A stretch of DNA of 64,000 bases from positions 7,541 through 71,540 of the forward strand of contig JAAYAD010000030.1 of assembly GCA_012719545.1 (NCBI GenBank), in the 5' to 3' direction. The stretch comes from Clostridiaceae bacterium (GTDB lineage: Bacteria; Bacillota; Clostridia; DSM-8532). Positions 17,555-27,967 of the stretch are shown here, piece after piece. Numbering within the stretch: position 1 is the first letter of the stretch; every line of letters starts with the position of its first letter. A program made the translations under genes and the position numbers. The notes beneath the pieces are model-generated. The model made no database searches. It was not told where the DNA came from and saw only the letters and a list, made by a program, of their open reading frames with translations.

Positions 17555-17630
17555 AATTAATCAACCTCCAAAAGTCCTCGTTCCTTCTGTCGTTCCGGAA
17601 CGAACAGCCTCCCGGTGGGTCCGGCTGTAT
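17555..17630 (-). promoter_or_regulatory. GC-rich, GGA-dense structured leader upstream of flgE
   Basis: Minus-strand RNA: acagccGGAcccaccgGGAggcuguucguuccGGAacgacagaaGGAacgaGGAcuuuuGGAGGuugauuaauuAUG. Six GGA triplets fall within about 70 nt, and the last is the Shine-Dalgarno site. Two overlapping hairpins (17604-17628 and 17587-17607) share ACAG. Confidence 0.45.
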
Positions 17631-17663
17631 TTTTATATCTAAATTTAATTTTTTAATTTGGTA

Positions 17664-18047
17664 TCAGGTAAATACTGCTCCGTCTATATTGGTGAAAACA
17701 TTATCTTTAAGCTCACTTTGATTGACAGCAGTTATTACCGTTCTGTTATGGACATTTACCACAAATGCAACATCATCCATAATTACAAGGGTATCTCTGA
17801 CACCTTTAGAGGAAGCCTTATCAACTGCATTGTTTAGCCTTTCAAGCTGTTCGCTGCTCAAATTGATGTTACGGGCTTCCAACCTCATGGCAGCGTGTTT
17901 CGACATTTTAACCTGGCGAACTTCAGAAAGCTGCTGATTAAGTATGGCACTAAATTCGGAACCGTTCTTTACAGGTGTTTTTGCCGAAGGCTTTGAAGAC
18001 ACTGCCAGCTGGTGTATGCTTGTAACCGGCCGATTTGCAATATTCAT
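17664..18047 (-). CDS. Small flagellar operon protein (TIGR02530-like; sits between flgD and flgE)
   Basis: 127-aa protein in the position occupied in Firmicute and spirochaete flagellar operons by the conserved 'flagellar operon protein'. The assignment rests mainly on synteny and size. Confidence 0.6.
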   Translation of the reverse strand: MNIANRPVTSIHQLAVSSKPSAKTPVKNGSEFSAILNQQLSEVRQVKMSKHAAMRLEARNINLSSEQLERLNNAVDKASSKGVRDTLVIMDDVAFVVNVHNRTVITAVNQSELKDNVFTNIDGAVFT

Positions 18048-18065
18048 GAAATGCCTCCTCTCTTT

Positions 18066-18998
18066 TTAGTTTTCGGTATCAGTACCATCATCTGTGTCAG
18101 AACCATTTCCAGGATTCCTCATGTTCCTGAGTTCCTTAAGTATCTCACTTAAAAGGAGCTGTTCAGGTGAGAGAAGATCCACTTTTTTAGCTGAGTAGAT
18201 GTTGGCTGCCGGAACCTTAACATCGCTGAGTATAAGGCGTACCTTTTCGTCGTTTCCAATATAGCCGTCGAACAATGTACCGGTAACCTTGAACACAGCA
18301 CCCGTTGACTTATCCTTGAGCTTGAGGGTTACTTCCTTGCCTGCCATTGCCTTTACATATTCCTCAACGCTTTCAAAGGAACCAATATCCAGGTCGTAAG
18401 GCTCTATCTCAACTTCATCCAGTCTGGCATAAGCTACTCCGTTCTCTATTGCCACAGAGGAAATAATTCCTTCGATAGTGCTTGCATCACCGTTATCATT
18501 GAAGATTCTGGTCTTGCCCCACATTCCGATTATGCCGCTGTAGTCCGTAAGGTCTCCCTTGTCTCCCAAATGGTCGCTGAAGACTTGAGAAATCCTGTCA
18601 ATGGGAACATTAACATCGTTAACAACTACATTTACTTCACCATTGACAACTCTGACCATGTCAACTATTCCGCTGACATATTGGGTCTTTCCTGTTGTCT
18701 CATCTGGAACCTCTGCCGTAATATACTTGCCCATAAGTCCAAAGGCCGTTGAATAGGCAAAGCTTTTATTCAGGTTCTGCATCTGCTCAAGGGCGCTGAA
18801 CTGTGCCAGCTGGGCAATGAATTCCTGATCGGATGCAGGGTTCAAAGGATCCTGGTACTGAACCTGGGTTATGAGAAGCTGCAAAAATTCGTTCTTGCCC
18901 AATTCCCCGGTTCTCCTGGCTTCCTTTGTAGTAGTTGCCTGGGATTCTATAATCTGTTCAATGGTCTTTTGGGTTCCTACTCCTGAAACACCTGCCAT
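18066..18998 (-). CDS. flgD: Flagellar hook assembly/capping protein FlgD (long form)
   Basis: FlgD N-terminal motif (LGKNEFLQLLITQVQYQDPLNP...QLAQFSALEQ). The start is taken at ATG 18998 (MAGVSGVG), with AGGAGG 7 nt upstream. The track ORF opens with TTG at 19019. Confidence 0.85.
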   Translation of the reverse strand: MAGVSGVGTQKTIEQIIESQATTTKEARRTGELGKNEFLQLLITQVQYQDPLNPASDQEFIAQLAQFSALEQMQNLNKSFAYSTAFGLMGKYITAEVPDETTGKTQYVSGIVDMVRVVNGEVNVVVNDVNVPIDRISQVFSDHLGDKGDLTDYSGIIGMWGKTRIFNDNGDASTIEGIISSVAIENGVAYARLDEVEIEPYDLDIGSFESVEEYVKAMAGKEVTLKLKDKSTGAVFKVTGTLFDGYIGNDEKVRLILSDVKVPAANIYSAKKVDLLSPEQLLLSEILKELRNMRNPGNGSDTDDGTDTEN

Positions 18999-19040
18999 CT
19001 TCTCGCCTCCTTTCCTCAAAAGTTAATTATTCTTTGATAT

Positions 19041-20558
19041 TTAAGCTGTAAGATTAATCTGAGAGCCATTGTCGTAATAGTCACCGTAGGCTCCTGTATA
19101 AACTGAGCCTGCGTTTCTTAATACCGGTGCCGCCTTGTCAGAATTTACTGACACTACTTTATCAGTTCTTCCGTTATGAGTATTATCGGATTCATTGCTT
19201 GGCTCTCTCTCATCTTTGTTTCCTACCGAAACACTAAGGCTCTGCACCGATACGCCGCTTTTCTCCAGCGCATCCTTAAGAAGCTGCATGCTGCCTTCCA
19301 GAATGCTCTTTACCTGTTCGTTCTCGGCAGTGATTTTAGCAATAACCTCGCCACGCTCATGAACGATTTTAAGTGTCAGCTTACCCAGGCTCTCTGGCTT
19401 TAGCTGCATCTCCATTTCCTGCCTGTTTTCCCCTGCCATGAGTCTAACCTTCATGACAACCTGTTCGGCAACATCTTTAGGCACTACTTTCTCAAATGCT
19501 GAAACCGGTACTTTTTCGGCAACTTCATCCATAGCCCTGACAGGATTCTGGATATTAAGAAGAATGGCCGAATCATCGGGATGAGTATCCTGTACCTGGT
19601 CGTTTTTGCTTATCACCGAATCCTTATGTTCCACAGCTTTGCCTTTATCAGTTCCAGCTTCAGGCTTTGTGGAAGCTTTAGCTGAATTTTCACTGGAAAT
19701 ATCAGCATTGCTGTCTTCCATTGATTCGGATTCATCAAAAACAACCTCTGATATTGAGTCCTGGGCTGCGTTAACCAATCCTTCAGACTTTGGCATGCCT
19801 TCCTTCAGCTTTTCAATCAACTCACTGCATTGAGCCTTGAGCCGGTTTATCACATCAGTAGTTGATGCGTTCTCCTTTTCAACCTCAGCAACTAACACCG
19901 TCTGGCTTGTAAAGCCATTTTTACCGATAATCTGCGATATTTCATCCATAAGGCTTCCAAGATCCTCCTGGATGAATTCGGGGATAAGGCTTATATCCGC
20001 TGACAAAGCCTTCAGGTTCTCAAGGTTGCTTGTCAAAGCATTGAGCAAATCAGGAGAAACTTCGTTAACGGCCTGCTGGGAATCAAAATCCCCTATATAG
20101 CCTTCTTCTATGACGCTTCTGTTAAGCATGGCCAAAAGGTCTTGAAGAAGAGCTAGAATAGATTCAATGTTTTCAGCGTTGTAAGAACCTTTGGTTTTTT
20201 CTCCGTCATCGGCTGAAATGTCTGTGTAAGATGCCTCAGAAACGCCTTTATCATTTTTTCCACGGATATGTGAGCTTTTATGGTCTGTGGATGCAAGGAA
20301 AGTTTTCTTATCCTGAGCATCTGGCTCAGCAACACTTTTTTCTTCCCTCAAAGCATTTGTCTTTCTTGAAAACAGCTCTGCTTTTTTTTCTATGGAAGAA
20401 CCGTTATTGCTGATTTTTGCTGAACTTATCCTTTCAGACAGCATATCCATGAATGTGTCATCGGAAGACTTGGAATTTTTCAATATGACATTCTGAGATG
20501 ATGAAACTGTTTTAATCGGGAGAAAAAAACCCGCATACGCACTCTGCATCTTTTTCAC
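19041..20558 (-). CDS. fliK: Flagellar hook-length control protein FliK
   Basis: Low-complexity N-terminal region plus a C-terminal Flg_hook domain (MQLKPESLGKLTLKIVHERGEVIAKITAENEQVKSILE). Position upstream of flgD. Confidence 0.8.
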   Translation of the reverse strand: MKKMQSAYAGFFLPIKTVSSSQNVILKNSKSSDDTFMDMLSERISSAKISNNGSSIEKKAELFSRKTNALREEKSVAEPDAQDKKTFLASTDHKSSHIRGKNDKGVSEASYTDISADDGEKTKGSYNAENIESILALLQDLLAMLNRSVIEEGYIGDFDSQQAVNEVSPDLLNALTSNLENLKALSADISLIPEFIQEDLGSLMDEISQIIGKNGFTSQTVLVAEVEKENASTTDVINRLKAQCSELIEKLKEGMPKSEGLVNAAQDSISEVVFDESESMEDSNADISSENSAKASTKPEAGTDKGKAVEHKDSVISKNDQVQDTHPDDSAILLNIQNPVRAMDEVAEKVPVSAFEKVVPKDVAEQVVMKVRLMAGENRQEMEMQLKPESLGKLTLKIVHERGEVIAKITAENEQVKSILEGSMQLLKDALEKSGVSVQSLSVSVGNKDEREPSNESDNTHNGRTDKVVSVNSDKAAPVLRNAGSVYTGAYGDYYDNGSQINLTA

Positions 20559-20624
20559 CCCCTTTCAATAAGATAAATTAAAATCAATTAAAGCTATCTT
20601 ATTAGAAAGCTTAATTTGCTATAA

Positions 20625-21449
20625 TTACTGGTTCAGGCTGTATTTTTTAAGCTTTCTGTCAGCAAGCATCTTTGTTATATCCGCAGCTGTCTGCGGTTCC
20701 ATCTGTGCTAGTATGGATGCTCCTGCATCTGCCTTTAAGCCTTCAAAAATATCCAGCAGAACCTCTTTATCCTTTTTATACAGCTCGGTGAGTACCTGAG
20801 CCGCACTCTCGGGGTCCATTGACGAGAAGGATTTGCTTAAGGCCTTCTTTTCCTCATCAACGGCTCCTTGTGCAACTATTTCTTTATATATGGCTTCGGC
20901 GGTAGCCTTGTCCACTTTTTCAAAGTAATTCTTAAAGCCTTCAGTATCGCCTCTGATTACCATTTCGGAAATGCTCTTCTTTTCCTCTTCGATTTTCTCC
21001 ATCTCTTCCATGATCTGTGCCAAAAGCTGCTTATTTTCTTCAAGAATAGCTTGTTCATCACCTACGGATGCCAATTTCTGATTAAGCTCTTCAATGGTGC
21101 TGTTGGATTCTTCGAGGCTTTTTTCAAGCTCAGCAATCTTATTGCGGAACTCATTGTACTTTTTTTTGAGTTCTTCCTCAGTTAATAATGAAGGGTCTTC
21201 CGCATCATACTCCTTGGGAAGAGCAAGACTCAGCAAAGGATTATCCTTAATACTGGGCCTTAGACTGTCTGCAATACCGTTTATATTGTTCTTTACGGTA
21301 AAATAAAAAACACCCGCAGATACCGCAAACACTACCAGCACAGCCAATAGCACCACAACCAATGAATGTAATATGCCTCCTGGCTTTTTTACCTTAACGC
21401 TTCCCTGCGGTTCGGGTGTATTATCAACTAACTTCTGTTTATCCGCCAT
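20625..21449 (-). CDS. MgtE-N/MotE-like coiled-coil flagellar protein (YlxF/FlbB position)
   Basis: N-terminal TM, a long coiled coil, and a C-terminal MgtE_N-like segment (MDPESAAQVLTEL...AADITKML). Sits between fliJ and fliK, like B. subtilis ylxF. Confidence 0.55.
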   Translation of the reverse strand: MADKQKLVDNTPEPQGSVKVKKPGGILHSLVVVLLAVLVVFAVSAGVFYFTVKNNINGIADSLRPSIKDNPLLSLALPKEYDAEDPSLLTEEELKKKYNEFRNKIAELEKSLEESNSTIEELNQKLASVGDEQAILEENKQLLAQIMEEMEKIEEEKKSISEMVIRGDTEGFKNYFEKVDKATAEAIYKEIVAQGAVDEEKKALSKSFSSMDPESAAQVLTELYKKDKEVLLDIFEGLKADAGASILAQMEPQTAADITKMLADRKLKKYSLNQ

Positions 21450-21474
21450 GAACGATCTCCCTCAATAGGTCACA

Positions 21475-21918
21475 TCATCTTTTAGCAGCTTCCTTATAAC
21501 TTACAAGCTCGTCTACAAGCTGCCGCTCAACTTTTTCCTCTTCTTTGACAAACTCCTGAAAATCCTTATCCTTAAGGTTTTCCAGCACTTTTCTTTCCTT
21601 CATAATTTCAACGAGCTTTTCTCTAATTTTATCGACATTTTGCTGCTCCCTCTTAACATTAAGTATCTGTTCTTGTTGTTTTTTGTCAAGATATTCAAGA
21701 TATCTCTTAAGTTCCTTGATTTTTTCAGGAACTATATTCCCCTGGCAAGCATCCCTGAATTTGCTTAATGAGGATTCAATTTCCTTTTCAATTGCAACAA
21801 GCTTCGCCTTTTCCTCTTCGAGCTTCTTAATTGCTATTCCAAGCTCGTTCTTTGCGTTCTTTTCAAATTGTTCCTTCAAATTCAGGAAGGTTTGCAAACG
21901 AAACTTAAACTTTGCCAT
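21475..21918 (-). CDS. fliJ: Flagellar export chaperone/stalk protein FliJ
   Basis: 147-aa all-coiled-coil protein (MAKFKFRLQTFLNLKE...) immediately downstream of fliI. Confidence 0.8.
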   Translation of the reverse strand: MAKFKFRLQTFLNLKEQFEKNAKNELGIAIKKLEEEKAKLVAIEKEIESSLSKFRDACQGNIVPEKIKELKRYLEYLDKKQQEQILNVKREQQNVDKIREKLVEIMKERKVLENLKDKDFQEFVKEEEKVERQLVDELVSYKEAAKR

Positions 21919-21939
21919 TTATTCCTCTTTAACTTAAAC

Positions 21940-23247
21940 TTATACTTCTACCGATTTTTTCAAAAGCTCAATGGTTTCCTCAAAACTGAAGCGTTCATCG
22001 GTCCTTTGTGTCAAAAACTCATTTATTCCTTTATTGAGCTCAATGGCTCTGTCTATATCGGCATTGCTTCCCTTTACATAGGCGCCGACATTTATAAGGT
22101 CCTCAGCTTCCTTGTAGACAGCAAGATTCCGCCTGAGCTCATTGGCATACATTTTATGCTCATTGTCCACAATGTCGTTCATAACACGGCTTATGGAACC
22201 AAGTACGTCCACTGCCGGGTAGTGATTTCGGTGGGCAAGCTGTCTTGAAAGAACTATATGCCCATCCAGAATACCGCGGGCAGTATCGGTAATAGGCTCA
22301 TTCATGTCGTCTCCGTCTACAAGCACTGTATAAAGTCCTGTTATAGAACCTTTATCCGACGTTCCGGACCTTTCCAGAAGCTTTGGCATGATGGCATAAA
22401 CCGAAGGAGTATATCCCCGTGTTACCGGAGGCTCTCCCACAGCAAGGCCAATCTCGCGCTGAGCCATTGAAAAACGGGTCAGGGAGTCCATAAGAAGTAT
22501 AACGTCCTTGCCGCAGTCTCTGAAATACTCAGCAATGGAGGTTGCAACCAACGCTCCTTTAAGTCGGATAAGGGCAGGCTGGTCGGAGGTTGCTATAACA
22601 ACTACCGAGCGTTTTAAGCCTTCTTCTCCCAAATCACGTTCCAAAAAGTCCCTTACCTCACGGCCGCGTTCTCCTATAAGAGCTATTACATTGACATCCG
22701 ACTTGGAGTTACGGGCAATCATACCCATGAGGGTACTTTTTCCCACGCCGCTTCCTGCAAAGATTCCCATACGCTGGCCTTTTCCAACTGTCAGAAGGCC
22801 GTCCAGACATTTCACTCCAAGGGGAAGAACTTCATTAATCCTTGGCCTTGTCATAGGATTGGGCGGCTTGTTTTCAACCGGATAAAACTTTTCGATTGAA
22901 ACAGGGCCTTTTCCATCCATGGGACGCCCCAGTCCGTCAAGGACACGTCCCAGAAGATCCGGGCCAACACCTACCTCAAGATCCTTAGGCATGGCCGTAA
23001 CAATACTGCCTGGTCCAATGCCGGTCATATCGCCTATGGGCATTAACATGACATGGTTGTCTTTAAAGCCCACCACTTCAGCCAGAACTTCCCTGCCATT
23101 GCGGGATTCTATATTGCACAAAGCCCCGACATGAGTTTCGGGGCCCTCGGCTTCAATGGTAAGACCTACAACCTTGCTGACTCTTCCCATGTAACGAACA
23201 AATTTCTGTAAGTTTACCACTTTTTTATATTTATCCAGAGAAATCAT
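21940..23247 (-). CDS. fliI: Flagellum-specific ATPase FliI
   Basis: Walker A GSGVGKST, Walker [10 protein letters not shown]1/T3SS ATPase fold. The start is taken at ATG 23247 ([10 protein letters not shown]), one nt after the fliH stop. The ORF extends to 23283. Confidence 0.93.
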   Translation of the reverse strand: MISLDKYKKVVNLQKFVRYMGRVSKVVGLTIEAEGPETHVGALCNIESRNGREVLAEVVGFKDNHVMLMPIGDMTGIGPGSIVTAMPKDLEVGVGPDLLGRVLDGLGRPMDGKGPVSIEKFYPVENKPPNPMTRPRINEVLPLGVKCLDGLLTVGKGQRMGIFAGSGVGKSTLMGMIARNSKSDVNVIALIGERGREVRDFLERDLGEEGLKRSVVVIATSDQPALIRLKGALVATSIAEYFRDCGKDVILLMDSLTRFSMAQREIGLAVGEPPVTRGYTPSVYAIMPKLLERSGTSDKGSITGLYTVLVDGDDMNEPITDTARGILDGHIVLSRQLAHRNHYPAVDVLGSISRVMNDIVDNEHKMYANELRRNLAVYKEAEDLINVGAYVKGSNADIDRAIELNKGINEFLTQRTDERFSFEETIELLKKSVEV

Positions 23248-23248
23248 C

Positions 23249-24034
23249 TTATCCATCCTGTCCATTCTCTCCCAGGATATCATAAAAGGCTTGCTTTATA
23301 TTTTCAAAGCGTGTATCTGCACTTCCGTCAACCAGACCGAAACCTGTATCAACAATGCATGCACCTTTATCAAGTGTGCTGTCCTTTTTTATCTCCAAAC
23401 TTTCGATATCTGGCACCAAAGAGAGAATCCGGTCTTTGTTTTCAACCACAAAGTCGTAATCCTGGCAGGAAACCTTCAAGACTACCTTTTCATGATTGGA
23501 GCATGATTTGATGGTATCCTTTATTACTCCTATGATGGCTTCCTGATTGTTCCGGATTTCCTCTCCCACAACCTTTGCCGCAATATCCAGCACAAGCTCG
23601 ATCATATCGCGTTCAAGGGTTGACAGAGTATCTTCATAGAGCTTCTTACATTTCTCCCTGTATTCCTCAGCTTCGGCAATAATGCCTTTATACTGCTCCT
23701 GAGCCAGTGCCTCGCCTTCTTTATACCCTTCCTCTTTCGCCTGGGTATATGTTTCTTCAGATATCCTTTTAATTTCAGCTTTTGCTTCATTAAGGAGTCT
23801 TTCTGCCTCAAGCTCAGCTTCACGGAGCATTAACGTAGCCTCTTCTTTGGCCTTGAAAATAATATCCTGGCTTATCGCAAACTCTTTATCCTCGTTATTC
23901 TCTTCAGGTTCATCCACTTCTTCAAAAGTCATAACCGGTGCCTTGGACACCTGTGGCTGTACCTTCATTTTATAAGGATTTCCTATATTTACCTGACTCT
24001 TCTTATATACGCCATAACCATAATTACTAAACAA
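23249..24034 (-). CDS. fliH: Flagellar assembly protein FliH
   Basis: Charged coiled-coil N-terminal half and a FliH/NtpE-like C-terminal half, between fliG and fliI. Confidence 0.8.
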   Translation of the reverse strand: MFSNYGYGVYKKSQVNIGNPYKMKVQPQVSKAPVMTFEEVDEPEENNEDKEFAISQDIIFKAKEEATLMLREAELEAERLLNEAKAEIKRISEETYTQAKEEGYKEGEALAQEQYKGIIAEAEEYREKCKKLYEDTLSTLERDMIELVLDIAAKVVGEEIRNNQEAIIGVIKDTIKSCSNHEKVVLKVSCQDYDFVVENKDRILSLVPDIESLEIKKDSTLDKGACIVDTGFGLVDGSADTRFENIKQAFYDILGENGQDG

Positions 24035-25049
24035 CTATTTCATCGCCTCCGCCGCGTGAAATTATGATTTCCCCAGCATCCTCAAGCTTCCTTATAACAT
24101 TAACAATCTTCTGCTGGGCTTCTTCAACATCCTTAAGACGGACGGGACCCATGTATGCCAGGTCTTCCTTGATCATTTCAGCAAGGCGCTTGGACATATT
24201 ATTGTAAATGACGTTCTGCACTTCTTCTGTGGCACCTTTAAGGGCCAATGCAAGCTGACTGTTGTCAACTTCGCGCAGGAAGCGTTGAATGGATCTGTTG
24301 TCAAGCTGCAGAATATCCTCGAATACAAACATTCTCTTGCGGATTTCTTCTGCAAGATCGGTATCCTCGATTTCCAGAGTATCCATGATAAACTTTTCGG
24401 TACCTCTGTCTACAGAGTTCAAAACATCCACAATTGCCTGTATGCCTCCGACAGCTGTAAAGTCTTCTGTAACAAGGGATGAAATCTTCTTTTCCAAGAC
24501 TCTTTCCACGTCTTTTATAATATCGGGGGATGTTCTGTCCATGGTTGCAATACGTTTTGCAACATCTGCCTGTTTCTCCTGTGGAAGTGCTGACAGCACA
24601 GCTGCAGCCTGCTGCGGCTTTAAGTAGGACAGAATCAACGCTATAGTCTGTGGATGTTCGCTTTGTATAAAGTTCAGAATCTGAGAAGGATCAGCCTTTC
24701 TTACAAAGTCGAAGGGCCTTACCTGCAAAGATACTGTAAGCTTATTGATTATTTCAATGGTTTTTTCAGTACCAAGGGCCTTTTCCAGTATTTCCTTCGC
24801 GTAGCCTATTCCACCCTCAGTAATGTATTGCTGGGCAAGACACAACTGATAAAATTCGCCCAGAACCTTTTCACGCTCACTTGGCGACACCGCTCTAATA
24901 TTTGCGATCTCCAGAGTGAGCTGTTCAATTTCCTCCTCTTTAAGATGCTTGAAGATTTGAGCGGAACGCTCAGGCCCCAGGGTGATAAGGAGCATAGCCG
25001 CTTTTTCTCTTCCAGACAACTCCCTTGTTTGCTCACTTTTAATGGGCAC
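24027..25049 (-). CDS. fliG: Flagellar motor switch protein FliG
   Basis: LSGREKAAMLLITLG N-terminus, EHPQTIALILSYL, and the C-terminal torque helix region (IRKRMFVFEDI). Confidence 0.93.
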   Translation of the reverse strand: MPIKSEQTRELSGREKAAMLLITLGPERSAQIFKHLKEEEIEQLTLEIANIRAVSPSEREKVLGEFYQLCLAQQYITEGGIGYAKEILEKALGTEKTIEIINKLTVSLQVRPFDFVRKADPSQILNFIQSEHPQTIALILSYLKPQQAAAVLSALPQEKQADVAKRIATMDRTSPDIIKDVERVLEKKISSLVTEDFTAVGGIQAIVDVLNSVDRGTEKFIMDTLEIEDTDLAEEIRKRMFVFEDILQLDNRSIQRFLREVDNSQLALALKGATEEVQNVIYNNMSKRLAEMIKEDLAYMGPVRLKDVEEAQQKIVNVIRKLEDAGEIIISRGGGDEIVV

Positions 25050-25078
25050 TTATCACACCTCCGGCATGTCTAAAATAT

Positions 25079-26656
25079 TTAATCCCAATCGTCAGCAAGC
25101 CAGTTCCTAAGAAGCTGAGCAACCGCATCAGGATTTTCTTTAACAAACTTGTCAATCTGCTTTTTGAGTTCTGACTGTTCTTCAACATTAATATCTACTA
25201 TTTCTTCAGGCTTTATTTCGTCAGTAATTCCCTGCACAGCAGCTGCCGCTTCCAAAGCAGCATTCTGAAGCTCGGCAGGAACTTCCTTCTTCTTTGGCAA
25301 TGCGAAAATTACCATTGTAACCAGCAATATGAGCATCAGAGCATAGAATCCGTACTTGTCAAGCAGGCTTTCCAATGTGTCAGCCAAGGTTGGCTGAACA
25401 GGCTCCTGACTTGCGAGCTTCTGCACAGTAACGGCTATGTTCTCTACAGGAATGCCGGTTGCTGCGTGGGCAGTCTGCTTAACCTGCTCAATATATTCTG
25501 GAGTCAGGCCATCGCTGGATTTAATCCTGTCGCCGTACCACAACGAAATTGACATTGTGGACTGCTCGGGAACAATCTTTCCAACCGCTTTTTCGGCTTC
25601 CTCATTGGTTACGTTGTAAATTCTCTCCTCAACTTTATGGTTCTTCTCATATTTTGAATTATTGTCGCCGCCAAATTGATAACTTGGCGCCTGCTGAGGA
25701 TTTGTGTCGGTACCGGGAACATTTCCGCCGGTTCCGCCTTCAATAGACTCTTCCAAAACTTCCTGGTTCTTTATAAAACCTTGTCCGTCCTCGTCAGGAG
25801 CGGTATACTTCTGAGAAGAGCTTTTTAATGTATCAAAATCCAGCACAGCGTTTGCTGATACGCTTAAGCTGTCAAAAAATTCATGTTCTGCAACCCCGAT
25901 TTTGAAGAAGTTGTAAACCTTCCTCTCAAGTTCAAGCTCTCTTTGACGGCGCATCTCTTCCTGAGTATTGGCCTTTGCAAGGGAAGAGCTTTCACTTTCA
26001 CGGTTAAGGGGGTTTAAGTTCTCATCAACAATTGTTATTTTGTCTGCAGGAATTCCCAGAGATGAAGCAACTACCATAGCCGCAGCTTCCACCTGCTCAG
26101 GTGTAAGGGGCTTTTTGGTTTTGAGCATGACATAGGCACTGCCGTCCTTTTCATCTTCACTAGGTCTTACCCAATAGGTCTTTTCAGGCTTGTAATACTG
26201 AACAGTGGCATTTTCTACATTTTCAAACTTCTTGAGCTTATAGACAAGATCATTTGTAAGATAATGCTTCCAAAGATTTTCTTTGTCCTTTTCGGTAGCC
26301 GTTAAAGAAAGCTGACTCCAGGTATCCGCAAAGGTTACATCCGGAGATACAATTCCCTGAGTAGTCAGATCAAATTCAATATCCTTCTTCTTCTTGCTGT
26401 CAACATAGATCTGGTTTTCGCCTTTTTTAAACTTAATATTGTTCTCCGTAAGGTAATTGACAACCGACTGGAGATTAACGTCTTCAGAATTGTTGAACAA
26501 GGGAACGTAATCTACCTTAAGTGACAAAATGATGGTAGCCGCAACCGCAAGGATGAGAACACCTGCTGCAATAAAAATCCTGATTTTCTGGCCTTTTTCC
26601 AACGAAGACCAGAAGTTTTTTACTTTATCCCAAAGTTTATTTATTCCTTCCGGCAT
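25079..26656 (-). CDS. fliF: Flagellar MS-ring protein FliF
   Basis: 525 aa with N- and C-terminal TM segments, YscJ/FliF ring-building motifs and a C-terminal FliG-binding tail (LLRNWLADD). Confidence 0.92.
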   Translation of the reverse strand: MPEGINKLWDKVKNFWSSLEKGQKIRIFIAAGVLILAVAATIILSLKVDYVPLFNNSEDVNLQSVVNYLTENNIKFKKGENQIYVDSKKKKDIEFDLTTQGIVSPDVTFADTWSQLSLTATEKDKENLWKHYLTNDLVYKLKKFENVENATVQYYKPEKTYWVRPSEDEKDGSAYVMLKTKKPLTPEQVEAAAMVVASSLGIPADKITIVDENLNPLNRESESSSLAKANTQEEMRRQRELELERKVYNFFKIGVAEHEFFDSLSVSANAVLDFDTLKSSSQKYTAPDEDGQGFIKNQEVLEESIEGGTGGNVPGTDTNPQQAPSYQFGGDNNSKYEKNHKVEERIYNVTNEEAEKAVGKIVPEQSTMSISLWYGDRIKSSDGLTPEYIEQVKQTAHAATGIPVENIAVTVQKLASQEPVQPTLADTLESLLDKYGFYALMLILLVTMVIFALPKKKEVPAELQNAALEAAAAVQGITDEIKPEEIVDINVEEQSELKKQIDKFVKENPDAVAQLLRNWLADDWD

Positions 26657-26727
26657 ATTCGTCCTCCTCGTAGAGGTTTATCCAAGTGTATATTAGAAAC
26701 CAAACTTATCATGTGTACAATAGTCCA

Positions 26728-27036
26728 TTAGACCTGCATGCGCATAATCTCTTGGTATGCATCCACAATCTTGTTGCGCACTTCAATCATAAATTGAAGC
26801 GAAATTGAAGCTTTCTCGGCTGCTATCAGAACCGAGTGAATATTGTCTGTTCTTCCTGCTATAAAGTCTTCGGTAATTCTGTCCGATTCTTTCTCCAGGG
26901 CGTTAACGTTTTTAAGCGCATCCATTATTATATCTTTAAAACTCAAAGACTCTTCATTTGAGCTAACTGTCTTTATTGGTGCAGTTACAGCAGCATTGCT
27001 TATGGAATTAATTCCTTGGACTGCCATAGAACTCAA
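26728..27036 (-). CDS. fliE: Flagellar hook-basal body complex protein FliE
   Basis: 102 aa with a FliE C-terminal pattern (IHSVLIAAEKASISLQFMIEVRNKIVDAYQEIMRMQV). Confidence 0.85.
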   Translation of the reverse strand: MSSMAVQGINSISNAAVTAPIKTVSSNEESLSFKDIIMDALKNVNALEKESDRITEDFIAGRTDNIHSVLIAAEKASISLQFMIEVRNKIVDAYQEIMRMQV

Positions 27037-27058
27037 CTCCTTTTATTGCACGGCAAAT

Positions 27059-27505
27059 TTATCTTCCAATCTCCAGGGCTTTCATAGCCATAGATTTGGA
27101 TGCATTCAGCGCCGTGACATTAGCCTCGTACGCACGTGTTGCAGATATCATGTTAACCATTTCAGTAACAATTTCCACATTGGGCATACTAACAATGCCA
27201 TTTTCATCCGCATCCGGATGGGACGGATCATAGACCTGCTTAAATGGGCTTTGATCCTCGACAATTCCTGAAACCCTCACGCCGCTTCCCACAAGATATT
27301 TTGCGCGGCTTTCCTCCGACAGGTATTGTGAAAACGGAATATTTGCTTCTTTTTCCTGGAACAATACCATCTTCCTTCTGTAAGGAGTACCTTCTTCAGT
27401 TCGGGTAGTATTTGCATTGGCAATATTCTGGGAGATGATATCCATTCTCAGTCGTTGTGCCGACAATGCAGACGCGCTTATATTGAATGAATCAAAGAGT
27501 CCCAT
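27059..27505 (-). CDS. flgC: Flagellar basal-body rod protein FlgC
   Basis: ISASALSAQRLRMDIISQNIANANTT N-terminus and SNVEIVTEMVNMISATRAYEAN C-terminus. Confidence 0.93.
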   Translation of the reverse strand: MGLFDSFNISASALSAQRLRMDIISQNIANANTTRTEEGTPYRRKMVLFQEKEANIPFSQYLSEESRAKYLVGSGVRVSGIVEDQSPFKQVYDPSHPDADENGIVSMPNVEIVTEMVNMISATRAYEANVTALNASKSMAMKALEIGR

Positions 27506-27508
27506 TTA

Positions 27509-27898
27509 TCAACGACCTCCTTTAATTACAGTGCGAAGTTTCTGGAAATCTCCGCTTATTCTCTGTACAAAGGTGTTGTACCTTATGCTGTTGGCCGCAA
27601 GAAGCGCCATCTCATTCTCGATATCGACATTATTTCCATCACTTCTGTATGAGGATTCAGTCGGATCTTCAACTATGCTTATTGTCCTACCTGAAAGAGC
27701 TGAAGTGCCGTTTGAAATGCGTCCCGTTTTCATTTCACTTTCCAGCATTTCCTCAAACTTTACCACTTTTCTTTTATACCCGGGGGTATCAACATTGGCA
27801 ATGTTCTGAGAGATGACATCATTGCGAAGCCATGCAACATCAAGTGCACGCTCAATGCTGTCCTTTGTAAAAAGTAATTTGGATATCACCGGAATCAT
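27509..27898 (-). CDS. flgB: Flagellar basal-body rod protein FlgB
   Basis: LDVAWLRNDVISQNIANVDTPGYKRK motif. The start is ambiguous. ATG 27898 abuts AAGGAG, whereas the GTG 9 nt downstream has better SD spacing. Confidence 0.9.
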   Translation of the reverse strand: MIPVISKLLFTKDSIERALDVAWLRNDVISQNIANVDTPGYKRKVVKFEEMLESEMKTGRISNGTSALSGRTISIVEDPTESSYRSDGNNVDIENEMALLAANSIRYNTFVQRISGDFQKLRTVIKGGR

Positions 27899-27967
27899 CT
27901 CCTTAAACTGCGAACCGCAATCTTTATCTTTTGATCATGTATACATACATATAAATACCTAGTAATG

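Noticed and set aside
17630-17663. SigmaD (sigma-28) promoter upstream of flgE (TAAA ... GCCGGA)
   Set aside because: The spacing is about 18 nt instead of about 15, and the -10 (GCCGGACC) departs from GCCGATAA at the critical positions. The upstream gene's stop is at 17664, so co-transcription is the simpler explanation.
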